A DNA stretch of 64,000 nt from NCBI GenBank assembly GCA_017396025.1, contig JAFQNF010000046.1:18788-82787 (forward strand), given 5' to 3'. The stretch's first letter is position 1; each line of letters opens with the position of its first letter. The translations under genes and the position numbers were made by a program. Shown here piece after piece: positions 20,172 through 28,236 of this stretch. The DNA is from a bacterium (GTDB lineage Bacteria; Cyanobacteriota; Vampirovibrionia; Gastranaerophilales; Gastranaerophilaceae). Below the pieces are notes generated by a model that worked only from the letters and a program-made list of their open reading frames with translations, searched no databases and was not told the DNA's origin.

Positions 20172-23100
20172 ATGAGTAAAAAGAAATTTTTTGTGGAGAG
20201 CACGTGCATTTTATCTATTGCTTGTTTGTTGACTCTGACAACAAGTAGTATTAGTGCGAGTGCATACTCTCCAACACTTCAAGAGAAATCAGCTTATAGA
20301 GCAACGCCTGTCCAAGATGTTTCTAACTCAATGTTTACAATACACCAATATAACTCAGAAACAGGAATAATTGACGCAATCAATTACGAGTTAGGACTTA
20401 AAAAAACAGAATATGGAAGTGGAAATGCATCTAAAACGTATTCAATAGGAGTGTTAGAAAATTATAACATTGATATCACAGGGAAATACTCTAGTGAAAA
20501 TTTAGGCGACCATATTTACATTAAAAGTAAAGACTATTCTTCAACAAATTACACATCAGACTACGTTGAGATGAGCAAAGCTACTGTATGGTCAAGTTAC
20601 GCTTTCGGTGGTGCAATTACGAACTTTCAAGGTAAAATGGGTGATATTTCTGGTATTTTTATCGGAAACAGCGCTATAACAGACAAAAAACAAGCGTGGG
20701 CTGGTGCAATATTAGCAAGAGGAAGTATTGGAGATATAACATCTGACTTCATTGGTAATTTTGCAGATTCTAGCGTTACAGAAGCATCTGGTGGTGCTAT
20801 TGCTGCAGCACAATACAACGTAGAAAGCATTACAGGTGACTTTATTGGTAACTATGCAAAAGGAGAACTAACTTCTGGAGGATTTGGTGGTGGCTTGTAT
20901 ATTGTTAATAACTCAGTGATAAAAACAGTAACTAGTAATTTTATAGCAAACTCAGCACGTTCAGAAACTGCCGGAGCTTACGCTGGGGCAGTAGATATAT
21001 ATAGAAATAGTAAAATAGAAAACTTAACCGGTGACTTTATCGGAAACTATGCAGATGGATATAGAGAAGCTTACGCTGGTGCAATTGAAATCGTTGGTTC
21101 TGCAGATTATATAACAGGTGATTTTATAGCAAACTATGCAACATCTAAAAACGGTATTGCACTTGCAGGTGCTGTTGAAATAATGGGAACAGTTGGAGAT
21201 ATCACAGGAAACTTTATTTCAAACTACGTAAAATCAGAAAATGATTCAGCCTTTGGTGGCGCTTTTTATACAGAAGGCAGTTTAAACAATTTAAAAGGTG
21301 ATTTTTTCTCAAATTATGCTATTTCAGAAAAAGGAAACGCCTATGGTGGTGCAATATATTCATCAGACGCAATAATTAACGAAATTGATAGCAGTTTTTA
21401 CGGCAATTATGCAACAGCAAAAGAAGGAATAGCACAAGGTGGAGCTATTTATACTAATAATGATTTAAATTTCAGTGCAGATAATAAAACTATCGCATTT
21501 GCAGAAAACTACACGGAATCACAAGGTGTTCGTGACGACAATGCCGTATATGTTGATAATACTGATGCAACACTTACATTTAATTTAAAAAACAATGGTA
21601 ATCTTTTAATTAAAGATAATTTTAACGGTCAAATAGGATATAACGTTAATATAATTGGCGATGGAACAAATACCTTATTTTTACAGAACGACCTTAATAA
21701 TGCAGATGTTCTTTTTAACAATATAATGTTAAATACCATTGACGGCAAAAGCAAAGTTTACAATTTTAATTCACTTTCAATTGCAAACAATATTAATTTT
21801 ATTGCTGATGTTGATTTCCAAAAAGAAGAAATGGATAGATTCTATACAAATGATTCATATAATATTCAAAATGGTTCACAACTGAATATTAATGCCTTGA
21901 ATTTTTTAAACGAACAAAAAAAGGATAAAGTTTCTATATTTTTTGCCGAAAAAGGCTTAAAAGATAATGTCGTATATAGTGGAACAAAGAAAATTGTTAC
22001 CCCAATATATGTTTATGATATTGCATACGAAAACAAAGATGACGCTGGATATTTTGTATTTACAAGAGGTTCAGCATCAAATGGTGTTAGCGGATACAAC
22101 CCTGCAACATTGGTTTCTGAAACGAACTCAACTGTTGGTGCAATAGGTACAATGAACCAAGCTATGACTTATGCTTTTGTTCATTCTGATACAAGTATGA
22201 ACATTCCTTCTGCAATTCGTATAGGAATGAAGAATCAAAACAAATACGCTTCTGCTTCACTTGCAGATATTTCAGGTGCAGGCAGATTTTCACCACTATA
22301 TCTTCCTTCTAATGAGGGTGCAAGTTTTTGGGTAAAACCTTACGCTGTATTTGAAAACGTACCATTAAAAAATGGACCAAAAGTTTCAAACATTTCTTAT
22401 GGTACATATATCGGGTTTGATACAGATATCAAAGAACTTAGAAGAGGCTGGCAAAGCGTATATACAGGTTATATTGGATATAACGGAGCTTCTCAAAGAT
22501 ATAGTGGTATTGATACAGTACAAAATGGTGGTTTACTTGGTGGAACACTTACTTTGTATAAATGGAACTTCTTTAATGCAACAACACTAAGCGTTGGTAG
22601 TAACGTTTCTGATAGCCAAACAATGTATGGACATGATGACTATGCAACTTTATTATCTGGCATAGGGAACAAAACAGGTTATAATATTGAATTCAAAGAT
22701 GGAAAAGTTATATTACAACCAAATTTATTACTATCATATACTTTTATAAATACATTTGATTACACAAACTCTGCAGGTGTAAACATTGATAATAAACCAC
22801 TACATTCTTTACAAATTGTTCCAGGATTTAAAATCATAGGAAACCTAAATAATGGATGGCAACCTTATTTAAGCGTTTCTATGAATTGGAATCCATTAAT
22901 GGGCGCAAAAACGAAAGCAAACAATATTGAGCTCCCAAAAACAGAAATTAAACCATACGTACAATATGGAGTAGGCGTTCAAAAAACAATAAAAGACAAT
23001 TTAACAGCATACGGACAAGCAATGGTTCAAAATGGCGGAAGAAACGGTGTATCCTTAACGGCTGGAATACGTTGGCTACTTGGCAGTAAAAAAGAAAAAC

Positions 23101-23195
23101 AAGAAAAAGAAATTATAACAACTAGTAAAAAAGTTTTTAAAAAGCTATCACAAGAAGAAAAAGAAAAAATTATTAAAAAAGAATATGATGTATAA
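20172..23195 (+). CDS. Autotransporter with Pmp-type (GGAI / FxxN) passenger repeats
   Basis: Signal peptide ends SISASA. About 10 units with a roughly 28-30 aa period (GDFIGNYA...GGAI). The C-terminal roughly 280 aa is beta-barrel-like, with alternating hydrophobics, and ends GIRW. A 39-aa K/E-rich tail follows. Confidence 0.8.
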   Translation: MSKKKFFVESTCILSIACLLTLTTSSISASAYSPTLQEKSAYRATPVQDVSNSMFTIHQYNSETGIIDAINYELGLKKTEYGSGNASKTYSIGVLENYNIDITGKYSSENLGDHIYIKSKDYSSTNYTSDYVEMSKATVWSSYAFGGAITNFQGKMGDISGIFIGNSAITDKKQAWAGAILARGSIGDITSDFIGNFADSSVTEASGGAIAAAQYNVESITGDFIGNYAKGELTSGGFGGGLYIVNNSVIKTVTSNFIANSARSETAGAYAGAVDIYRNSKIENLTGDFIGNYADGYREAYAGAIEIVGSADYITGDFIANYATSKNGIALAGAVEIMGTVGDITGNFISNYVKSENDSAFGGAFYTEGSLNNLKGDFFSNYAISEKGNAYGGAIYSSDAIINEIDSSFYGNYATAKEGIAQGGAIYTNNDLNFSADNKTIAFAENYTESQGVRDDNAVYVDNTDATLTFNLKNNGNLLIKDNFNGQIGYNVNIIGDGTNTLFLQNDLNNADVLFNNIMLNTIDGKSKVYNFNSLSIANNINFIADVDFQKEEMDRFYTNDSYNIQNGSQLNINALNFLNEQKKDKVSIFFAEKGLKDNVVYSGTKKIVTPIYVYDIAYENKDDAGYFVFTRGSASNGVSGYNPATLVSETNSTVGAIGTMNQAMTYAFVHSDTSMNIPSAIRIGMKNQNKYASASLADISGAGRFSPLYLPSNEGASFWVKPYAVFENVPLKNGPKVSNISYGTYIGFDTDIKELRRGWQSVYTGYIGYNGASQRYSGIDTVQNGGLLGGTLTLYKWNFFNATTLSVGSNVSDSQTMYGHDDYATLLSGIGNKTGYNIEFKDGKVILQPNLLLSYTFINTFDYTNSAGVNIDNKPLHSLQIVPGFKIIGNLNNGWQPYLSVSMNWNPLMGAKTKANNIELPKTEIKPYVQYGVGVQKTIKDNLTAYGQAMVQNGGRNGVSLTAGIRWLLGSKKEKQEKEIITTSKKVFKKLSQEEKEKIIKKEYDV

Positions 23196-23230
23196 AAAGA
23201 AAGAGAGCTGAGCAGCTCTCTTTTTTTTAT
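23195..23230. terminator. Bidirectional rho-independent terminator
   Basis: AGAGAGC-TGAGCA-GCTCTCT hairpin (23202-23221) flanked by an A-run on the left and T8 on the right, between convergent genes. Confidence 0.65.
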
Positions 23231-23234
23231 TATT

Positions 23235-23693
23235 TTATATATTCAAATATTTAAAAAATGCCTCACATCCTTCAACTACATCATCATATGTTTCATCAAA
23301 GTTGCCTGTGTACCAAGGATCTTTAATATTTCGTGGATTATTTGTATAATCAAGAAGTCTTTTGATTTTATTATCTTTATCTTGCCCAACAATACACTCA
23401 ATATCTTCTATATTTTCAGCATCCATAGCAACAATATAATCAAAATATTCATAATCTTTTTTACGAATTTTTCGTGAATAATGTTCTTCAAAAGGAACAC
23501 CTTTTCTTCTTAAAATTTCCTTTGTTCCTCTATGAATACCGGCGTGACACATTTCGTTATAGCCTTCAGTCCCTGCAGAATCTATCTCAAAATCAGATGC
23601 AAGCCCTTTTTCATTTATCATATTTTGAAAAACCATATGTGCCATTGGGGAACGACAAATATTACCTAAACAAACAAATAAAACCTTTATCAT
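23235..23693 (-). CDS. Low-molecular-weight protein tyrosine phosphatase
   Basis: 152 aa with the active-site loop VCLGNICRSPMA and a downstream DP motif (IKDPWYT). Confidence 0.9.
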   Translation of the reverse strand: MIKVLFVCLGNICRSPMAHMVFQNMINEKGLASDFEIDSAGTEGYNEMCHAGIHRGTKEILRRKGVPFEEHYSRKIRKKDYEYFDYIVAMDAENIEDIECIVGQDKDNKIKRLLDYTNNPRNIKDPWYTGNFDETYDDVVEGCEAFFKYLNI

Positions 23694-23757
23694 AAATTCC
23701 TCATTATAAATACGAAATTACAAAACAATTATAACATCTTTCCTAAAAAGAAATATT

Positions 23758-23786
23758 TTGACTAGAATATAAATACTTAATATAAT
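23758..23786 (+). promoter_or_regulatory. Near-consensus sigma70-type promoter for radical SAM paralog 2
   Basis: TTGACT (23758-23763), a 17 nt spacer, then TATAAT (23781-23786), about 24 nt upstream of the ATG at 23810. Confidence 0.5.
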
Positions 23787-23809
23787 TTTTACATCAAAAG
23801 GGTAATAAA

Positions 23810-24775
23810 ATGTTTTGTCCACAGCCATTTGAGCAAATAGAAATATATGAAAACGGTGACGTTTATACCTGTTGCCCTAACTTTATAAATTTTTTCAGCA
23901 TTGGAAACATATACCATCAATGTTTTGATGAGATTTGGAATGGAGAAAAAGCACTTAACTTTAGAAAAAAGATTTTATCAGGCGATTTTTCACTTTGCAG
24001 TAATAATTGCAATCGTAAAACTTGTTTAAATGAACAAAAAGATTATTTAAACGAAAAAGTAACAATGTATCCAAGAGAAATTGCCGTTAGTTCTGATAAA
24101 TCTTGCAATGTTCAATGCAAAATATGCAGGGACAAACTGATAAATATTAAGCATAACGAGAACAATATTAAGGAAGAAATAGAAAAATATTGGCTACCAA
24201 TATTTAAAGATGCCCAAATTATAAGATTTGGTTGCACTGGCGAGCCGTTTTTCTCTGTCAAAGAAAAATTAATGATAAAAATGGTTGCAGATTCATATCA
24301 AAAGGCAAAATTTGATTTTCACACAAATGGCATACTCGGAAATGAAGTTCTTCTAAAAGAATTAAATGTATATAGTAGAATACGAGAAATTACAGTTAGT
24401 GTACACGCAGCTACGGAAAAAACATACAATTCTATAGTAAATGCCGGAAACTATAAAAAAGTTTTGGAAAATTTAAATTTATATTCAAAAATGAAAAAAA
24501 ATAATTTACTACACAGATTTCGTTTAATTTTTGTTGTTATGTCGTACAACTACAACGAAATGGTTGACTTTGCAAAACTATCACAAGAATTGGGTGCAGA
24601 TGTTGAATTTTGGGCATACCGCAAAAATGATACAATGCTATCTAACATTTATAATGAAGTATCAGTTGTAGAAAAAAGCAATCCGTCACACAACGATTTA
24701 CTGAAAATATTAGAAAATCCAATATTTGACAGTCAAAATGTTACTTTATACCCAGAATTAAAGAACTTACGCTAA
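23810..24775 (+). CDS. Radical SAM enzyme with an N-terminal SPASM/twitch-like Cys module (paralog 2 of 3)
   Basis: MFCPQPFEQIEIYENGDVYTCCPNF...SIGNIY...EIWNG...SLCSNNCNRKTC, then CNVQCKIC, TGEPF, TNGIL and ITVSVHAAT. Confidence 0.75.
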   Translation: MFCPQPFEQIEIYENGDVYTCCPNFINFFSIGNIYHQCFDEIWNGEKALNFRKKILSGDFSLCSNNCNRKTCLNEQKDYLNEKVTMYPREIAVSSDKSCNVQCKICRDKLINIKHNENNIKEEIEKYWLPIFKDAQIIRFGCTGEPFFSVKEKLMIKMVADSYQKAKFDFHTNGILGNEVLLKELNVYSRIREITVSVHAATEKTYNSIVNAGNYKKVLENLNLYSKMKKNNLLHRFRLIFVVMSYNYNEMVDFAKLSQELGADVEFWAYRKNDTMLSNIYNEVSVVEKSNPSHNDLLKILENPIFDSQNVTLYPELKNLR

Positions 24776-25489
24776 ATCATCCTGAATGTTTTCATCAATT
24801 TGCATTTGAACAGCTTTAATATCAGCATTGGCATCTATTGTAACAACCTTTTCTCCGTAGTAGTTTACTAAAGTATCCTTAACTCCATTGTAAACATCAA
24901 TTCTTGTTTTTAACTTATCAACAGTATCATCTTCTCTACTTTGATGCTTTGCTCTAGATGTCATTCTTTCAATTAGTTTATCTTCGTCAACCACAAGCTG
25001 AATAACTTTAATTTTCGCATTTTCTTTAGAATTTAATTCATCAATCATTTGTGCTTGTTCTTCGGTTCTTGGGAAACCGTCCAAAATATAACCATTTTGG
25101 CAATCTTCTTGAGAAATTCTATCCACTAAAATTCTGCCAAACAGTTCTGTTGGCACAAGTTTTCCATTATTCATATATTCTCGCGCTTCAAGCCCCAATT
25201 TAGTTTCATTTTTTACTTCTTCTCTCAACAAATCACCAGTTGAAATATGCGCAATATTCAATTTTTTAGCAAGTTTTTGTGCTTGAGTCCCCTTTCCACT
25301 AGCTGGCGGACCAAGAAAAATATAAATCGTTTTTTCTTTTAATCTGGATTCTTTATTCTTATCTTGAACCTTTCCACTAAAAGAAAAAGTATCAGCTTTT
25401 AATGGGCTTAACATTCCACTTCTTTGGAAAGAATAATTATTTTTATAATTGTTCACACGAAAACCACTTGTAACTTTTGAAATAAACAT
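24767..25489 (-). CDS. adk: Adenylate kinase with an N-terminal extension of about 53 aa
   Basis: Core starts IYIFLGPPASGKGTQ at about aa 55, with typical Adk motifs (GDLLR, GFPRT, R..DD). No Met lies near the P-loop, so the extension (or at least the part from M26) is encoded. The extension carries ADTFSFSGK. Confidence 0.9.
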   Translation of the reverse strand: MFISKVTSGFRVNNYKNNYSFQRSGMLSPLKADTFSFSGKVQDKNKESRLKEKTIYIFLGPPASGKGTQAQKLAKKLNIAHISTGDLLREEVKNETKLGLEAREYMNNGKLVPTELFGRILVDRISQEDCQNGYILDGFPRTEEQAQMIDELNSKENAKIKVIQLVVDEDKLIERMTSRAKHQSREDDTVDKLKTRIDVYNGVKDTLVNYYGEKVVTIDANADIKAVQMQIDENIQDDLA

Positions 25490-25669
25490 AAAACACTCCT
25501 AAACTACCTAATTACTATAATAAATTTAGCTGTATATAGCAAATATTATGATAAAAAATGTAAAGTTAAGTAGAAAAAGAGTAAACAATTCATTAAAATG
25601 AAAATACTCAAATTAAATTTTGTACAAAAAACCACTCAAATAAAATTTTACATAAAAGGAGACAAAGTT

Positions 25670-26038
25670 ATGAAATGCTTCAACCATCATGATAGAGATG
25701 CTTTTGGGATTGACATAATCACTGGAAAAGGACTTTGTTTAGAATGTCTTGAAGAGAACAAGGGTTTTATAATAGAAAAAAATAGCAAAATTTCAAAATT
25801 AGCCTCACAACATCTCGCTCGATTATATAAAAGTTCTGACCCACAAAATCTACTCAAAATATTTAAATATATTATGTTAACTAGCTCAGCACTATATTTT
25901 ACTCTTGCTGGTTATGAATACTTTGTAAAATCAGATATATATAAATGTTTAGATGATTTTATTCTTGGTTGTGTAGCGTTAGCTGCACTCTTTATTGTTT
26001 TTTCTTTTAGCAAAATTTTAAAAAGGGAAGGAAAATAA
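25670..26038 (+). CDS. Zn-ribbon/B-box-like membrane protein (tandem paralog 1)
   Basis: I prefer the start MKCFNHHDRDAF at 25670 (AAGGAG upstream). It has a C..HH...C..C N-terminal motif and two predicted TM helices. Confidence 0.55.
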   Translation: MKCFNHHDRDAFGIDIITGKGLCLECLEENKGFIIEKNSKISKLASQHLARLYKSSDPQNLLKIFKYIMLTSSALYFTLAGYEYFVKSDIYKCLDDFILGCVALAALFIVFSFSKILKREGK

Positions 26039-26415
26039 TGAAATGTTTTAATCATCACGATAGAGATGCTTTTAGCATTGATCCAATTACAGGCAAAGGC
26101 CTTTGCGTAGAATGTCTTGAAGATTGGCAAGGGCACTTAATTGAAAAAAGTAATAAAACATCACGAAATGGAGTACAATACAAAATCAAAGCAATAAAAT
26201 ATAGTAAAATGCTTACATTAAGTAGTATATTATTTGGCTTATTTGCAGGTGCCCATTTTTTCTATTTATTTGTATGCTTTTATTTCTTTACAGAAGAAAA
26301 AACGATATATGGATCTTTTATTTCTCTATTAGGTACAGTCACTATGTTTTATTTCTTAATTGATGCAATAAAATACGGTTATTTACAGATAAAAAACAAA
26401 ACTACTCGTTTGTAG
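26038..26415 (+). CDS. Zn-ribbon/B-box-like membrane protein (tandem paralog 2)
   Basis: MKCFNHHDRDAFSIDPITGKGLCVECLED is near-identical to the N-terminus of paralog 1, followed by two TM helices. The last 7 codons lie within the left 20-nt direct repeat. Confidence 0.6.
   Translation: MKCFNHHDRDAFSIDPITGKGLCVECLEDWQGHLIEKSNKTSRNGVQYKIKAIKYSKMLTLSSILFGLFAGAHFFYLFVCFYFFTEEKTIYGSFISLLGTVTMFYFLIDAIKYGYLQIKNKTTRL
26391..26410 (+). repeat. Left copy of a perfect 20-nt direct repeat (putative attL core)
   Basis: AAAAAACAAAACTACTCGTT, identical to 33061-33080. Confidence 0.8.
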
Positions 26416-26420
26416 AAAAT

Positions 26421-26471
26421 CTGGCAATTTCATAGCAAATGTAATTGAAAATTAATCGCTAGAATGTTTGA
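26421..26471 (+). repeat. Imperfect direct repeat, left arm copy
   Basis: CTGGCAATTTCATAGCAAATGTAATTGAAAATTAATCGCTAGAATGTTTGA aligns with 32974-33027 at roughly 70 percent identity by eye. Confidence 0.5.
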
Positions 26472-26520
26472 TTTGTTTGAACTTGAGGCTAACTTCCCGC
26501 AGTACCATAGCAAAATTTTA

Positions 26521-26602
26521 TTTTTGCCACTTTTGCCGAATTCTTGCCAAAGTTTTTGCCGTTTTTTCAGTTGTCCTTGTTGCATTTTGGCGATTTTTGG
26601 CT
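26521..26602 (+). repeat. Helically phased T-tract/GCC motif array
   Basis: TTGCC at 26524, 26533, 26544 and 26556, then TTGGC at 26587 and 26597. Spacing is 9-12 nt. The segment is locally more GC-rich than its surroundings. Confidence 0.5.
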
Positions 26603-26662
26603 TGAGCTTTGAGAGATATTAAAGGAAATTACGGTTAAAGATAGCAATTAAGCACGCTATTT

Positions 26663-27223
26663 TTATGTTATTTCATCAATTTTTTTTATTATAATTTCAT
26701 CAACAACTTTAAAAGCCTCTCGTAATGTCATATGTTTGTCATTTGTTGTGAGTAAGTCGTCGTTACTGATAATTGTAATATCTGTAAAATATTGCATAAT
26801 ATCAGCTATTGAATAAATTGCTTGGTTAATACGTTTTCTTCCTTCAAAATTAAAGGGAACAGTAACAATTATTTCTGTATTAATTCCCATATCTTTTGCG
26901 ATTTTTGCTATTACAGGTGTAGCTCCAGAACCTGTTCCGCCACCTAAACAACTATAAAGAATTAATGTTTCTGTATCATTAATAAGTTCTTTAATTTGGT
27001 CTTTTGCAAGTTCTGCCCAAGCTTTTCCTTTATTAGGATTGCCACCTGCACAATGACCGTCATCTCCAATTATTAATTTTTTATCAGCGAGGCTTAATTC
27101 CATCAATTTCTCGTCGCTGCCAATTGAAATAAGTTCATAGTTGCTAATATGGCTTTCTTTTAATGTTTTTGTAATTCTGATAGCACCTGAACCAACAGTA
27201 ACTATTTTAATTTTCTTTTTCAT
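26663..27223 (-). CDS. Stand-alone FtsZ/tubulin GTPase domain (no C-terminal domain)
   Basis: 186 aa. Tubulin signature GGGTGSG, AGGNPNKG (T3), VTVPFNFEGRKR (T5) and ISNDDLL (T6). It is collinear with E. coli FtsZ residues of about 10-200 and ends at helix H7, before the T7 loop. The T1 loop is degenerate (GSGAIR instead of GGGGGN). Confidence 0.75.
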   Translation of the reverse strand: MKKKIKIVTVGSGAIRITKTLKESHISNYELISIGSDEKLMELSLADKKLIIGDDGHCAGGNPNKGKAWAELAKDQIKELINDTETLILYSCLGGGTGSGATPVIAKIAKDMGINTEIIVTVPFNFEGRKRINQAIYSIADIMQYFTDITIISNDDLLTTNDKHMTLREAFKVVDEIIIKKIDEIT

Positions 27224-27303
27224 GAGTTATCCTCCAATTTTTTATTATAATTTGAGAATAATGCATGAACATGTCAGTTATGGACGCAACTAATAAAAAA
27301 TAT

Positions 27304-28083
27304 CTATTTTATTTCGTAAATGTATTTTTCACGAGTTGTATCTACATTTATATTTTGAAGCGTTACCTTTTTTTTATCATTTAAAACTTTTTTTCTAGCT
27401 AAAAGATGATATGGTTTTTCATTTATTTCGTGAAAAAATGTTTTAAATTGGCAATTAGAGTAGTGGCTTTTAATTAAATTAATTATTGTTCTTTCATCAA
27501 AATCATTGTTTCCAAATGCAAGAACAAAGTCTTTTGATATTTTTGTTTCAAGATATTTTTTTATAAAAGATATATTATCTTCTTTTTCATAATTTGTTGG
27601 GATTTTTTCTTCGTTACTTAAAATCCTTTTCAGTTCATTAGGGCAATGATGTCTGTATGAATATAAGTTAATGACAGCAAAATATTTAAATCCAACATTT
27701 TCTTCATTATTACAAACCATTGTTGCCCACTTCCTCGCTCTATTCATTGTGGGGTCAGATTCGTTTGAAGATGCATACGATGGATTTAACATTATATAAG
27801 TTAAAATTCCTTTTCGTGTCTTATAAAAATTGTCGTTAGTTATTTCTTCAATATAAAAATATCTTGAACAAGGAATATTCTGCATGTTTTCATAAATATT
27901 TTTTAGACACTTTTCATTTTTATAGGCTTTGAATAATTTCTCTTTTTCTTTTTTTTTATATTTTTCTTTTGAAAAAATAATAAAACCTTTAATTTGTTTT
28001 TCTATATCTTTTATTTCATATTTTTTTGGTTCAAGTTTTTCTTCTATTATACCTTTTATTGTATTTATATCCTCTATTTCCAA
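27304..28083 (-). CDS. DUF1643-like protein with a K/E-rich N-terminal extension
   Basis: LTYIMLNPSYASSNESDPTMNRARKWA...YFAVINLYSYRHHCPNEL matches the DUF1643 layout as I recall it (mlNPS.a....DpT.rrc..fa......v.NLfa.r...p..l). It lies upstream of, and co-oriented with, the mini-FtsZ gene. Confidence 0.5.
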   Translation of the reverse strand: MEIEDINTIKGIIEEKLEPKKYEIKDIEKQIKGFIIFSKEKYKKKEKEKLFKAYKNEKCLKNIYENMQNIPCSRYFYIEEITNDNFYKTRKGILTYIMLNPSYASSNESDPTMNRARKWATMVCNNEENVGFKYFAVINLYSYRHHCPNELKRILSNEEKIPTNYEKEDNISFIKKYLETKISKDFVLAFGNNDFDERTIINLIKSHYSNCQFKTFFHEINEKPYHLLARKKVLNDKKKVTLQNINVDTTREKYIYEIK

Positions 28084-28236
28084 AATTAAAATCCTTTGTT
28101 TAAAAATTCTTTATCAATAATACTTTCTTAATTATATTTGTTTCTTCTTAAAATTCAAATTAATTTAATCTTTGTTATTGTATGTCCATATGTGACGCAT
28201 ATTTGTTCTATTGTTTATATAGGAGAACTAATCTTA

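Noticed and set aside
20780-21450. DNA-level tandem repeats in the autotransporter passenger
   Set aside because: The periodicity is at the protein level (GGAI/FxxN units) with divergent nucleotide sequence. It is not a recent DNA tandem duplication or a phase-variable repeat.
26430-26585. 51-aa minus-strand ORF (MQQGQLKKRQKLWQEFGKSGKNK...) in the left island arm, considered as a possible excisionase or small regulator
   Set aside because: There is no Shine-Dalgarno sequence upstream of its ATG. Its reading frame is largely the translation of the phased TTTTGCC repeats, and it has no helix-turn-helix-like motif I can recognise. I kept the region as a DNA-repeat observation instead.
26521-26602. 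CRISPR array or minisatellite
   Set aside because: The repeated unit is only about 7 nt with 9-12 nt spacing and is imperfect. There is no repeat-spacer architecture of 25-40 nt, and no cas genes are in the window.
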